From Thermoplasmata archaeon (GTDB taxonomy: Archaea; Thermoplasmatota; Thermoplasmata; RBG-16-68-12; JAGMCJ01): DNA of 64,000 bases. The stretch lies in NCBI GenBank assembly GCA_046761045.1, contig JBHIFJ010000001.1, positions 89,785 to 153,784 of the forward strand, given 5' to 3'. How positions within the stretch are numbered: position 1 is the first letter of the stretch; every line of letters begins with the position of its first letter. Below the pieces are notes generated by a model, which was given only the letters and a program-made list of their open reading frames with translations, made no database searches and was not told where the DNA came from. A program made the translations under genes and the position numbers. Shown here in pieces: positions 1 through 9,306 of this stretch.

Positions 1-420
1 TATGGGTGGGGTCCTCACAACCCTCGGCGCCCAGCCGATGCTCTTCTTTATCTCGTTGAGAATCGTGCCGTGCTTCCCTATCACGAGTCCGGGAGAAAGA
101 GCCTCTATGGTTACCTCACCATTCTCATGCTCGAAGTATATATTCGTAATCTTGGCCTCTTCTGGGATAATCTCCTTAATCTTCTCCTCAGCCTCCTTGG
201 TCTTGGCGAGCAGGGAAGGATCTGGCCTGATGGCTACCCTCCGTCTCATCCCTTGGGCGAGCTGCCTGACTATATCGTTGTTCTCGGCGAACTCCCCCAT
301 GCTCTTTGTGTAGATGACGACGACTGGCCCTTCAAGCTCAATCTTCGTGATCTCCACTTCAGCGGGGACGACTTTCCTAACTACCTTTTCAGCGTCCTGA
401 AGAATTCTTTCTACACTCAT
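1..420 (-). CDS. N-terminal part (KH-domain region) of archaeal beta-CASP ribonuclease aCPSF1 (FttA-type termination factor); gene continues beyond window start
   Basis: Own translation of minus strand from ATG (rc of 418-420): MSVERILQDAEKVVRKVVPAEVEITKIELEGPVVVIYTKSMGEFAENNDIVRQLAQGMRR... matches tandem KH N-terminus typical of aCPSF1; not in ORF track because no stop in window; classic neighbour of psmB. Confidence 0.7.
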   Translation of the reverse strand, partial: MSVERILQDAEKVVRKVVPAEVEITKIELEGPVVVIYTKSMGEFAENNDIVRQLAQGMRRRVAIRPDPSLLAKTKEAEEKIKEIIPEEAKITNIYFEHENGEVTIEALSPGLVIGKHGTILNEIKKSIGWAPRVVRTPPI

Positions 421-451
421 TTGGTTTCACTCAGACCTTTAATGAGAAGAG

Positions 452-1093
452 CTAGCTCAACTTCATTGCCGACTTTCTCTTCTCGACCTCTTTGTCGTCG
501 AGGTGAACGTAACCCTTCTTTGTGATAGAAACCACATCCACTCCATCGCCCGAGGCCGCATCCCTCTTCATAGCGGCGTTCAGGGCCCTTATTGCCAGGT
601 TCAGGCCATCGTCGACGCTTATATCGTCCTTGTAGTGGTCCTCCAGAACTCCGTACACGTACGGTGAACCGGAACCTGTCGTAACGTACTTGTCGGGTAT
701 GCTCCCTCCCGCCATGTCGAGCGAGTAGACGTGATTGCCCTCTTCGTCGATGCCCCCCACGACGAGCTGCACCCAGTAGGGGAAGTATCTCCTTCCCGCC
801 AGTATGTTCGCCAGCAGAGTCGCGCAAGACTTGACCGGCATATGCGCGTCTCTTTTGAGCTTGAATAGCTCCACCTCAGCCGTTATGTACCTCGCCAGAA
901 GCTGGAGGTCCCCCACGAGCCCAGCAGTTGTTAGGCCGAGGTTGTCGTCCAGCCTGTAAATCTTCTTTGTTGCCTTGTGGGCGATCAGTGTTCCCATGGT
1001 CGCCCTTCGCTCCGCCGCCAGGACCACACCTTCCTTGCAGACTAGCCCAAGTGTGGTGGTTCCCTTCTTTACCTCGTCTCCCATCTGCGTCAT
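452..1093 (-). CDS. psmB: Proteasome subunit beta (Ntn-hydrolase) with short propeptide before catalytic Thr (..GTTTLGL)
   Basis: 213 aa ORF; motif MTQMGDEVKKG|TTTLGLVCKEGVVLAAERR characteristic of archaeal 20S beta subunits. Confidence 0.9.
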   Translation of the reverse strand: MTQMGDEVKKGTTTLGLVCKEGVVLAAERRATMGTLIAHKATKKIYRLDDNLGLTTAGLVGDLQLLARYITAEVELFKLKRDAHMPVKSCATLLANILAGRRYFPYWVQLVVGGIDEEGNHVYSLDMAGGSIPDKYVTTGSGSPYVYGVLEDHYKDDISVDDGLNLAIRALNAAMKRDAASGDGVDVVSITKKGYVHLDDKEVEKRKSAMKLS

Positions 1094-1302
1094 GTCACAC
1101 CCTCGAAAAGTGATAAAACTGACGTGTCTCTTATTGTAGTACTGCTATTTAACTATTTTGAAGCAAACCGCGCACAGACCGGGGAATCAGCCAGCCCTTC
1201 CAAGGGCCCCCTCGCCAATTCGGAACCTCGTGGTCATGCCTTGATATACAGAGGGCTATCTTTTTATAGTCGCTGCTTTCTACTCGGGCAAAAGCCTTTA
1301 GG

Positions 1303-4300
1303 ATGGGAAATCTCATGAGAATTGTTTCGAGAGAAAATAGGAATAAGGGCCTGCGCTCGATTGCCCTCATGGCGTTGCTCGTTCTTGGGAGCATTCTAAT
1401 CATGGTATCGCCACAGACAAGAGCTGAGCTGAACCCGCCCGTTCAGGTAGGTCCAGATACTTGGGTGGTAGCAGCAGGTGATTGGGTCATAGAGAATGGT
1501 GACAATATTGTCCACGGAAACAAGACGATATATGTTGAAGCTGGCAACGTCGTGATTGAGAACGGCGGGGCACTGACACTCTACAATGTCACCCTGCAGC
1601 TGAACTCCACTTTCAGCGGGGAGTTCCACATAGAGGTCCAGGATGGCGGAACATTCAGGGTCCTCGACGGTGGAGATGGATACACGCCTTTTGACATGGC
1701 CGACACCGATCAGTCCACACTGCTGGGCAGTCCTTTTGAATTCCAATTTTGGGTGCGAGGTTCGGCGGTCTTTGAGATGAACAATAGCGTCATCGCATTC
1801 ATGGGCGAGACACACCCGCCAGGTCCGCCTCTTCCGACCCTCGAGCCCTACGGACTCTACGTTGAATCCGATAATGTCGTCATCAGAAGGTCGGGAGTCA
1901 TATTCAGTGGCGGAATCATCGCCAACGGGTCAAGCCCTAGGATATACGACTCTGTGTTTGTCATGGGCTGGTTCGGTGTTGCCTCGTTCAACGCTGGAAA
2001 CCCGTACGCGTCGAATCTGTCGGCCAATTCCCTCGAGTATGCGGGTGTCCTTGTCGATGCCTCCTCGATTGAAATCTATGACAGCCGGATTGATTCGACT
2101 GGAGTTGGAGCATTCTTGATGCCCGGGGTCCAATTGGTCAACGGCTCGTATGCATTGGTTTCCAACGTCTCAGTCTCAAACAACGGCAACGGAGGATTGG
2201 TCGTGGAGAACTCACACATTGACCTCTTCGATTCCAGGGTCACAAACAACGGTCCCTGGGGCCTGATCATGCTCGAAGACCAGTACAACCTGTTCACTTC
2301 TGTCGTGCGCAACAACACGTTCAGCCAGCATCCCAATACCGAGATAGTCCTGGATGCCTTTGGAGACTCCGATGTGGTTATAGAACACAACAACATCACC
2401 GCCGATCCTGGGGCGACAGGCATCTGGCTCTCCACAGATAACAACCTGACCGCCTCGCTTGGTTGGAACAATATCACAAGTGGCGACCAGGGCATTGTCG
2501 CAATGGCACAGGAAAACGCCACACTGAACCTCACCGGGAACTGGTTCGAGGGCCTCGCCACACAGGGAGTGCAGACCATCAATTTCGGAGACTGGCAGGA
2601 CCTTGTGGTTTTCAATAACACGTTCTTCAATCTTGGAGGCTTCGGCGGTTCCCACCTCAATCCCGTCGGGGAGCTGTCTGCCGATGTGCAGAGCAATAGC
2701 ATAATCCTGACGGGGGATGCTGGAATCATACTTGGAGCCGAAACACTGGTCACTGCGAATATTGCCGATAACTACGTCATGGCGACTGGAATGACCCCTT
2801 CCATGGCCCCAGCGGGTTTGATCACCTCTTCCAACGGAGACGCTTCTGTCGGCTTCCATGATAACCAGTTCTTTGCCACCTCTGACACTGCCATAATGGC
2901 GCTGGCCACGCGGGACCTGGACATCAATCTCTCATCGAACGCGTGTCTTTGGTGCTCCTCTGGGCCGACCTTCAGTGCCACATCGTTCGTGGCGACCTCG
3001 GGAGGCAATATGAGCGCCAATGTGTACAACAACTCGATAGACCTCACTGGTGCCGGGAACGGTATGAACTTCACTGCCAGCGGACAGTGGGCGACTCTGG
3101 ATTTCGTCGAGAACACGATAACCAACTCTCCTGACAGCGGTATTTACGTCGACCTTCTCTCGCAGTCGGATATTCTGTTCGATTCCAACGATGTCAGCTA
3201 CAATGGTGGGGCCGGTGTCTATGTCACCGTTTCTAACTATGCGAATGTCGTGGCGAGGGACAATCAGTTCTCCAGGAACGCTGTCTACGGACTGGGGATC
3301 GTTGGCGGTGGTCCATTACCGGTGAACCTGACCTTGGAGGACAACTACTTCGTGGCAGACGATGTCATCGGTCTTTGGCTGACCGATATCAACATAAGTT
3401 CCAGGGGGAACTATGTCATCGCATGCAACAACTTCGGCGCTGCCCTATTCCAGGTGGCGGGAACCATGGAGGATGAGGAGTACTCTTTCAACTCCAACGG
3501 CATAATCTTTGATGCAGGTTCACAGGTCGACCTGATAAACTCAACGCTCGACAATGCTGGAGTGGACATCTTCATAGACGGGGACTCTCACATCACTACG
3601 CTGAACACGACATTCGATCGTCTCTTCGGTCTGTTTTTCGGGGATATGCTTTCAAGCATCACGGTGAATTGGTTCCTTCATGTCCGTGTGGAGACCCAAC
3701 AGGCTGTACCTCTCGTGGGGGCCACTGTTGATGTGGAGGACTTCTACCAGACGCCCGTTGCGAGCCGCACAACCGGAGCAGACGGAATGGTGAGATGGAT
3801 GGTCGTGACCGAGTTCCATCTAGAGGGCTTCATATGGACCTACTACACGCCGCACAATATTACCGCGACTCTTGCAGGATTCGGAAGTGGCGTGGCTCAA
3901 CCCAACATGGATGCGACCAAGACGGTGGTCATTCAGCTTGCCGATGTCGAACCCCCTATGGCAGTGGCAAATGACGTGACCGTTGATGAGGACACCCTCT
4001 TCAATCTCGACAGCACGGGCAGTGGCGACAATGTGGCGATAGTGAACTGGACATGGGTCGTGAGTGATATTGGCGGTGATGTCTATCTGTACGGTCCGAA
4101 CCCGTTCTATATGTTCTCGGAGCCCGGAAGCTATGGGGTCAATCTCACGGTGACGGACGCCGCCGGGCTCTCTGGCTGGGACACAGCCACGATTACTGTG
4201 AACGACATCACGGATCCCATTGCGGACGCCGGACCAGATCAGGCGGTGTTCTCTGGGGACCAGGTGTTCTTCGATGGAACGAATTCGACGGACAACGTGG

Positions 4301-5340
4301 GCGTGGTGAACTACACATGGACTTTCACATACGACGGAGGACCGATCAACTTGTGGGGAGCGGCACCAAACTTCACCTTCGTGACTCCTGGCATCTACGA
4401 TGTCACCCTTACTGCTCGCGATGCCGCCGGCAATACTGGATCCGATGCGGTCACCATTACCGTCGAGGACAATGAGGCTCCCGTGGCAGATGCGGGACCT
4501 GACCAACTGAACAATGACGAGGGAACCACGATTTACTTCGATGGAACCGCTTCCACGGACAATGTTGGTATCGTTACCTTCAAATGGGAGTTTGACTACG
4601 GACCCAACCACATAGTCCTCGAGGGAGCAACGCAATCCTTCGTCTTTGAGGCGATTGGTGAGTACACGGTCACCTTGAAAGTAACCGACGGTGTTGGCCT
4701 CTCCGATACAGACACGATGGTCGTGTCCATTGTGGATTCCACTCCGCCAGAAGTCGTCTCGACCTCGCCACCGAATGGGGTGACCGACGTATCAATTGCC
4801 ACGGACTGCGTCATCGTGTTCAGTGAAGCCATGGATACCGATTCGACCGAGATGGCGATATCCATAGAGGGCGCGACGATTAAGAGCTTTGACTGGTCCA
4901 ATGGCGATTCCGTGCTTACTCTAGATCTCTCGGGACTGGAAGAGGACAAGGAGTACACCGTCATAATTGCCGATAACGCCACGGACGTTGAGGGCAATGA
5001 GATCAATGATTATGTTCTGACATTCAGGACCCAACCTCCACCCGCCCTCTTCTCCATGGAGAATGATTGGTGGTGGATCATAATAGTCATCATCCTGATA
5101 GTCGTGATAGCCATACTCGCCCTGAGGAAGCCGAAGGCCCCTGCGCCAACACCACAAGTATATGAGCCTGTGGCGTATGAGCCATCACCGCCGGCCGAGT
5201 ATCCTCTAGATGAACCGGACGAAGCTCCACCAGAGGAGCCACCGGATATGCCAGAGGAAGCTCCGGAGGAAGTGCCCGAACCTCCCGAGGGACCCCCGGA
5301 GGAGGAAGCTCCAGAACCGCCAGAAGAACCCGAGGAATAG
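1303..5340 (+). CDS. Giant secreted/cell-surface protein: signal peptide, parallel beta-helix (NosD/pectate-lyase-like) repeats, 3-4 PKD domains, Ig-like domain, C-terminal TM helix and acidic Pro/Glu-rich cytoplasmic tail
   Basis: 1345 aa; N-term hydrophobic segment ALMALLVLGSILIMVSP; repeated N-x-(I/V) beta-helix turns; PKD signatures (VNYTWTF..GxYxVTLTxxDxxG); TM WWWIIIVIILIVVIAILAL then RKPK and PEEAPEEVPEPPEGPPEEEAPEPPEEPEE. Confidence 0.8.
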   Translation: MGNLMRIVSRENRNKGLRSIALMALLVLGSILIMVSPQTRAELNPPVQVGPDTWVVAAGDWVIENGDNIVHGNKTIYVEAGNVVIENGGALTLYNVTLQLNSTFSGEFHIEVQDGGTFRVLDGGDGYTPFDMADTDQSTLLGSPFEFQFWVRGSAVFEMNNSVIAFMGETHPPGPPLPTLEPYGLYVESDNVVIRRSGVIFSGGIIANGSSPRIYDSVFVMGWFGVASFNAGNPYASNLSANSLEYAGVLVDASSIEIYDSRIDSTGVGAFLMPGVQLVNGSYALVSNVSVSNNGNGGLVVENSHIDLFDSRVTNNGPWGLIMLEDQYNLFTSVVRNNTFSQHPNTEIVLDAFGDSDVVIEHNNITADPGATGIWLSTDNNLTASLGWNNITSGDQGIVAMAQENATLNLTGNWFEGLATQGVQTINFGDWQDLVVFNNTFFNLGGFGGSHLNPVGELSADVQSNSIILTGDAGIILGAETLVTANIADNYVMATGMTPSMAPAGLITSSNGDASVGFHDNQFFATSDTAIMALATRDLDINLSSNACLWCSSGPTFSATSFVATSGGNMSANVYNNSIDLTGAGNGMNFTASGQWATLDFVENTITNSPDSGIYVDLLSQSDILFDSNDVSYNGGAGVYVTVSNYANVVARDNQFSRNAVYGLGIVGGGPLPVNLTLEDNYFVADDVIGLWLTDINISSRGNYVIACNNFGAALFQVAGTMEDEEYSFNSNGIIFDAGSQVDLINSTLDNAGVDIFIDGDSHITTLNTTFDRLFGLFFGDMLSSITVNWFLHVRVETQQAVPLVGATVDVEDFYQTPVASRTTGADGMVRWMVVTEFHLEGFIWTYYTPHNITATLAGFGSGVAQPNMDATKTVVIQLADVEPPMAVANDVTVDEDTLFNLDSTGSGDNVAIVNWTWVVSDIGGDVYLYGPNPFYMFSEPGSYGVNLTVTDAAGLSGWDTATITVNDITDPIADAGPDQAVFSGDQVFFDGTNSTDNVGVVNYTWTFTYDGGPINLWGAAPNFTFVTPGIYDVTLTARDAAGNTGSDAVTITVEDNEAPVADAGPDQLNNDEGTTIYFDGTASTDNVGIVTFKWEFDYGPNHIVLEGATQSFVFEAIGEYTVTLKVTDGVGLSDTDTMVVSIVDSTPPEVVSTSPPNGVTDVSIATDCVIVFSEAMDTDSTEMAISIEGATIKSFDWSNGDSVLTLDLSGLEEDKEYTVIIADNATDVEGNEINDYVLTFRTQPPPALFSMENDWWWIIIVIILIVVIAILALRKPKAPAPTPQVYEPVAYEPSPPAEYPLDEPDEAPPEEPPDMPEEAPEEVPEPPEGPPEEEAPEPPEEPEE

Positions 5341-5381
5341 GCGAGGAGCTCGCATCCCTCATACAGGGAAGGAGACTACCA

Positions 5382-5612
5382 ATGAAAGGTGAGACTCGAA
5401 AGGTCAGCAGAGAGACTGCCGAAAGGATGATAATGGAGATTCTGAAGGAGGGCAAGCCTCTCACGACAATAGAGATCGAGAAAAGGTTCCGGTCGGAAAA
5501 AGCCGAGTGTCCGGATTCCGCTGCGCTTTTCCTCAACAAGATGAGGTTGCAGGGCAAGATTTGCGGGAAGCTGTCCGTGGAACACAAGGGCTGGCTCTGG
5601 TGGATCGCCTAG
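5382..5612 (+). CDS. Small (76 aa) hypothetical protein, possible winged-helix DNA-binding protein
   Basis: ORF preceded by GGAAGGAG Shine-Dalgarno-like sequence; protein-like composition; no recognisable family. Confidence 0.45.
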   Translation: MKGETRKVSRETAERMIMEILKEGKPLTTIEIEKRFRSEKAECPDSAALFLNKMRLQGKICGKLSVEHKGWLWWIA

Positions 5613-6880
5613 GGTGCCGTCCATAGATGCGTTTCCACCGTCTGCTGGGTCGCCCGCCATATGATCGAGAACTGATAGTCGTGACCGCTTGTCACGTTGA
5701 TCACGAATGAGTCTCCGACCGTGAAGAGACCGTCGGAATCCATGTCATAGAACGTGATATTTCCCGCGGTCGCGCCGTCTGCAAGAGGGTCCATCCTGTC
5801 GGTCTCGTTCAAGTCCGTGAGGAGGGAGGCTCCATACAGACCAAAGTCAACGGCTTCCGAGACGAAGAAGACAGTTATGCTGTATGTGCCTGGCCCCTGC
5901 GGCACGCCCGATATCGAAACCTCAGGGACGGATGATGTGGGCGTCCCCGATGCGGGGTTGGACTCCGGACCCTCGTTTCCCTGAGCATCCACAGCGCTTA
6001 CGGTGTAAGTGTACTCCTGCCCATTGCTCAGGCCAGTGTCAAGGAACCAAGTTGTCGCTGGCTCGTCCAGCAGCTTCAATCCATCCCTGTAGATATGGTA
6101 CTTAACCACGCCAATGTTGTCCGTCGCAGGAGACCATGTGAGGTTGAGTTTGCCATCCTTCTCATCCGTCACCATCAGTCCCGTCACCTTGGACGGGGGT
6201 TCCGAGTCGTATTCCGTGGGTGTCCCTGTTGCGGGAACAGACCTCTGGCCTTCGTTTCCTGAGGTGTCGACAGCGCTCACTTCATATGTGTAGTTCCGGT
6301 AATTGGTGAGCCCTGAATCGACAAAGTATGTGTTCACGGGCTCCTGATCGAGCCTCACACCGTCCCTGTAGACATTGTAGTGCGAGATGCCAACATTGTC
6401 GAATGCCGGGTTCCAGGTCAGATTCAGCTTCCCATTGTGGACATTCATAACTTCGAGCCCATCGACCCTGCCTGGAGGGACATTGTCCGAGGGTGTCGGG
6501 GTGCCCCAAGCAGAATTCGACTTCTCGCCCTCGTTGCCAGAGCTGTCCACTGCCCTTACCTGATAGACGTATGAGACCCAGTTGACCAGTGAAGCGTCAA
6601 CGAAGAAGGGGTAGGAGGGCTCCGTGGGCAGCATGTTGCCATCCCTGAATACCTGGTATCTGTCCACCTTCCGATTATCAGTGGCCTCGTCCCAGAATAG
6701 AAAGAGCTTGCCATCGTGCATGTCGTACACCTCGAGACCCTCCACCTTGCTCGGTGGGGTGGTATCCTCTGGAAGTTCGAGGTGGAGGACATACAACATC
6801 GTGGAAACGATTATCGCGGCCACTACAATGATGACGAAGAACGCGATGTATCTATGCCTCGTGCTTCTGTCCTCCTCCAT
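5609..6880 (-). CDS. Membrane-anchored (N-terminal TM) protein with three to four fibronectin type III domains
   Basis: 423 aa; TM YIAFFVIIVVAAIIVSTMLYVL; repeated PPSKVxGLxVxDxxDGKLxLxWxxAxDNxxVxxYxxYRDG FN3 signatures. Confidence 0.75.
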   Translation of the reverse strand: MEEDRSTRHRYIAFFVIIVVAAIIVSTMLYVLHLELPEDTTPPSKVEGLEVYDMHDGKLFLFWDEATDNRKVDRYQVFRDGNMLPTEPSYPFFVDASLVNWVSYVYQVRAVDSSGNEGEKSNSAWGTPTPSDNVPPGRVDGLEVMNVHNGKLNLTWNPAFDNVGISHYNVYRDGVRLDQEPVNTYFVDSGLTNYRNYTYEVSAVDTSGNEGQRSVPATGTPTEYDSEPPSKVTGLMVTDEKDGKLNLTWSPATDNIGVVKYHIYRDGLKLLDEPATTWFLDTGLSNGQEYTYTVSAVDAQGNEGPESNPASGTPTSSVPEVSISGVPQGPGTYSITVFFVSEAVDFGLYGASLLTDLNETDRMDPLADGATAGNITFYDMDSDGLFTVGDSFVINVTSGHDYQFSIIWRATQQTVETHLWTAP

Positions 6881-7731
6881 GCTATCGTGTCTTCATCGTG
6901 TCTCTGCTCTAAAATGCTTTCCACGCTTCGCCAAAGGCACTTCCCTGAGACTATGCACAGAATTCTCGAGTAGTGGGCAAGACCGATTCTTTCTACGTCG
7001 CTGCCAAATTCGTCCCAGACCTCCTTGAAGCCGCGCGTCTTCACGCCGTAGTCGCGAAAGACCTCCGGCGTCCTCTCGCACGCGAAGCGGATTTCCTCCT
7101 TTGCCTGTTCCGCAATGAGCTTCTTGCCCGTGACAAACAGAATCTCCTCAACGATTTCCAGTCCGTTCCGTCTCAGCTGCTCTCTGAAGAAATCTGGCGG
7201 CGGGAAGACAGCGCCGTGACCTATGAATTGTTCGACTTCTCTTAGCAGCACTTCCTCGGGCTCGTCGCCGTACACGCCTATCGCAATCTGAACGAACCCT
7301 CCTGAACGGACCACTCTTGCCATCTCCCGAATGGCGCGCATGAGCCCCTCTTCGCCACGGGTCATTCGAATGTCTTCCAGCCCGAGAAAGTTCACGACGA
7401 AATCGAAGCGGTTGTCCTCGAACTCAAGCCTCGTCGCATCCATTTCGAGGTAGTAGATCTTTTCACTGAATCTGCCCTCAGGGACCTGTGTGCGGTACCA
7501 CTTGTAGTCACGCAAGTCGTTCGCCAGGCCTATAGCAATGACCTCTCCCTCGGGAACCGCCTCCGCGATCTTCAAGGCGAGGGTTCCATGTCCTGCCGCA
7601 ACATCCAAGACCCTTGATTCCCGCCCGAGCCCCTTGGACCTGAGCACCCTTATGACCTCGTCTCGTGCACCTGCGAGGTCAAAGAACCATCCCTCGTATT
7701 CCTCATCCTTCAGAAAGGTGTTCATCTTCAT
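6823..7731 (-). CDS. Class I SAM-dependent methyltransferase
   Basis: Motif I VLDVAAGHGTLALKIAE, acidic motif II region; ORF-track N-terminal extension (to 7896) rejected as it has non-protein-like composition; start placed at ATG 7731. Confidence 0.7.
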   Translation of the reverse strand: MKMNTFLKDEEYEGWFFDLAGARDEVIRVLRSKGLGRESRVLDVAAGHGTLALKIAEAVPEGEVIAIGLANDLRDYKWYRTQVPEGRFSEKIYYLEMDATRLEFEDNRFDFVVNFLGLEDIRMTRGEEGLMRAIREMARVVRSGGFVQIAIGVYGDEPEEVLLREVEQFIGHGAVFPPPDFFREQLRRNGLEIVEEILFVTGKKLIAEQAKEEIRFACERTPEVFRDYGVKTRGFKEVWDEFGSDVERIGLAHYSRILCIVSGKCLWRSVESILEQRHDEDTIAWRRTEARGIDTSRSSSSL

Positions 7732-7848
7732 CGTCAAAAGCGCATCCCCTAGTAACTCTTTTGGGGGGTTGAGCGCTTCTTGACGACAGGCCATCCACAC
7801 AAACCATAAAATAGTGAAATCTGCATACAGGGAACAGATGGGATTGCC

Positions 7849-8103
7849 ATGTTGGAGGAAATTTCTGAGGTCATAGGGCTGCAGGTTTACACCCACAATG
7901 GGATCTATCTAGGTAACGTGAACAACCTGATTGTGGACGTTGAGAACTCCACTGTCGATAGACTGTTCATCGGAGAACCCAACCCTCTTCTGGTGGAGGG
8001 GTCCAAGTCCGTAGCCGTTCCCTACCGTTGGATCCAGAGCGTGGGCGACATCGTAATCCTCAAGTACTTTCCCAAGCGGGTGAGCATGAAGAAGGGAAAG
8101 TAG
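7849..8103 (+). CDS. PRC-barrel domain protein
   Basis: 84 aa; typical archaeal PRC-barrel pattern (..GxxVYTxxGxxLGxVxDLxxDxxxxxVxxLxIG..). Confidence 0.65.
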   Translation: MLEEISEVIGLQVYTHNGIYLGNVNNLIVDVENSTVDRLFIGEPNPLLVEGSKSVAVPYRWIQSVGDIVILKYFPKRVSMKKGK

Positions 8104-8219
8104 CCCAGGAACGTTTTTAAGTCCCATAGCCATACTCGGACTCATGGTGCATGCCGAATCCTCTGAGGCGGGGGTCTTTTTTGCGGGGAATGGCGCGTTC
8201 CGAAGCTGAGGGAGTGTGG

Positions 8220-8618
8220 ATGAGGTACCGCTTTGAGATTCTTGATGTCGAAGTCCTCCACAGCCACGAAGGGATAGACCCTGAAATGCTCGAGTGCCTC
8301 GTTGAGCGGATAGCCAAGGATGGTGCCCTCTTCAAGCCCATCGTTGTCGATGACAGGAACAACGTCATATTGGACGGCCACCATAGGTTCGAGGCCCTCA
8401 AGAGGCTCGGATGCAGAAGGATTCCGGCTTACTTGGTCGACTACATGGACGATGCTGTGGAAGTCGTCACTTGGCCTGGAGCAGTCGTCAATGAGATCTC
8501 GAAGGCCGACATAATCGAGATGGGCCTAAGCGACAATGTCTACCCGCCAAAGACATCCAGGCATATCATCAAGGTCGCACTGGAGGACAGGACCGTGGAC
8601 CTCGCAGAGCTACGCTAG
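8220..8618 (+). CDS. ParB-like nuclease (ParB/Srx N-terminal) domain protein
   Basis: RFEILDVEVLHSHEG...KPIVVDDRNNVILDGHHRFEALKRLG matches ParB N-domain (ILDGHHR); ORF begins at 8151 but internal ATG 8220 (MRYRFEIL) preferred. Confidence 0.6.
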   Translation: MRYRFEILDVEVLHSHEGIDPEMLECLVERIAKDGALFKPIVVDDRNNVILDGHHRFEALKRLGCRRIPAYLVDYMDDAVEVVTWPGAVVNEISKADIIEMGLSDNVYPPKTSRHIIKVALEDRTVDLAELR

Positions 8619-9274
8619 TCCTCCTCCTTTGGCCGGGACTCCATGAACCAGATCGAGAACAGCATGATTACGCAGACCACGAAGGCGATGTGCCACCCGA
8701 TTGAGGGCCCCCAGGTCGTGGTCACGCTCATTGTGGGCGTCTCATTCAGGTCCGTGTCCGCGAAGGTCTGGATGTTCGGAAGGATCGTGTCAAGGGCGCT
8801 TCCCAGACCAACTCGTGAATCTCCCACTGCAGGGGGGACCTTCGCATGCAGGTAGGCGGCGGAACCCAGGACGAGGAATATTACCGCGAATCCAACAACC
8901 AGGGCTATCATTCTTAGACGTTGCCGTGAGCGGGACAGGTGATAGAGGACGAGCGAGAGCAGGATGAGGATCATCGCCGTTGTCACAAGGGCGAGCATGA
9001 CGAGGAAATGCGTGTCGAGACCGGAGTTCTGGATATCCGCATAGGAGGTGTCCCACCTCCTCTCGTTTGACACACCCAGGGTCGTGTCCTTGTTGTATGA
9101 CGAGATACTGAGAAGCCTGAATTCATGCGTGCTGTTGACGTATACGGACGGATACATCGTGGGAGACTTCTCTCTGCGTTCAATCGTCCACCAAGGAAGG
9201 AAGAGGCTCGAAGCGAGTATCGCTATGCAAATGATCGCGAGGACAGCCCCGATCTGAAACTTGCCGATTTTCAT
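8615..9274 (-). CDS. Integral membrane protein, unknown function
   Basis: 219 aa, 4-5 predicted TM helices. Confidence 0.55.
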   Translation of the reverse strand: MKIGKFQIGAVLAIICIAILASSLFLPWWTIERREKSPTMYPSVYVNSTHEFRLLSISSYNKDTTLGVSNERRWDTSYADIQNSGLDTHFLVMLALVTTAMILILLSLVLYHLSRSRQRLRMIALVVGFAVIFLVLGSAAYLHAKVPPAVGDSRVGLGSALDTILPNIQTFADTDLNETPTMSVTTTWGPSIGWHIAFVVCVIMLFSIWFMESRPKEED

Positions 9275-9306
9275 GCGTGCTCACCTATCATTCTCTTTCG
9301 GCTATA

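Noticed and set aside
2-525. Plus-strand ORFs 2-313 and 70-525 from the ORF track
   Set aside because: Composition not protein-like; the minus strand of the same region encodes a clean aCPSF1 KH-domain N-terminus starting at rc 418-420.
6823-7896. Full-length ORF-track model of the methyltransferase (start 7896)
   Set aside because: First ~55 codons are Cys/Trp/Phe-rich and run into the promoter region; internal ATG 7731 gives a canonical MTase N-terminus. Start remains uncertain.
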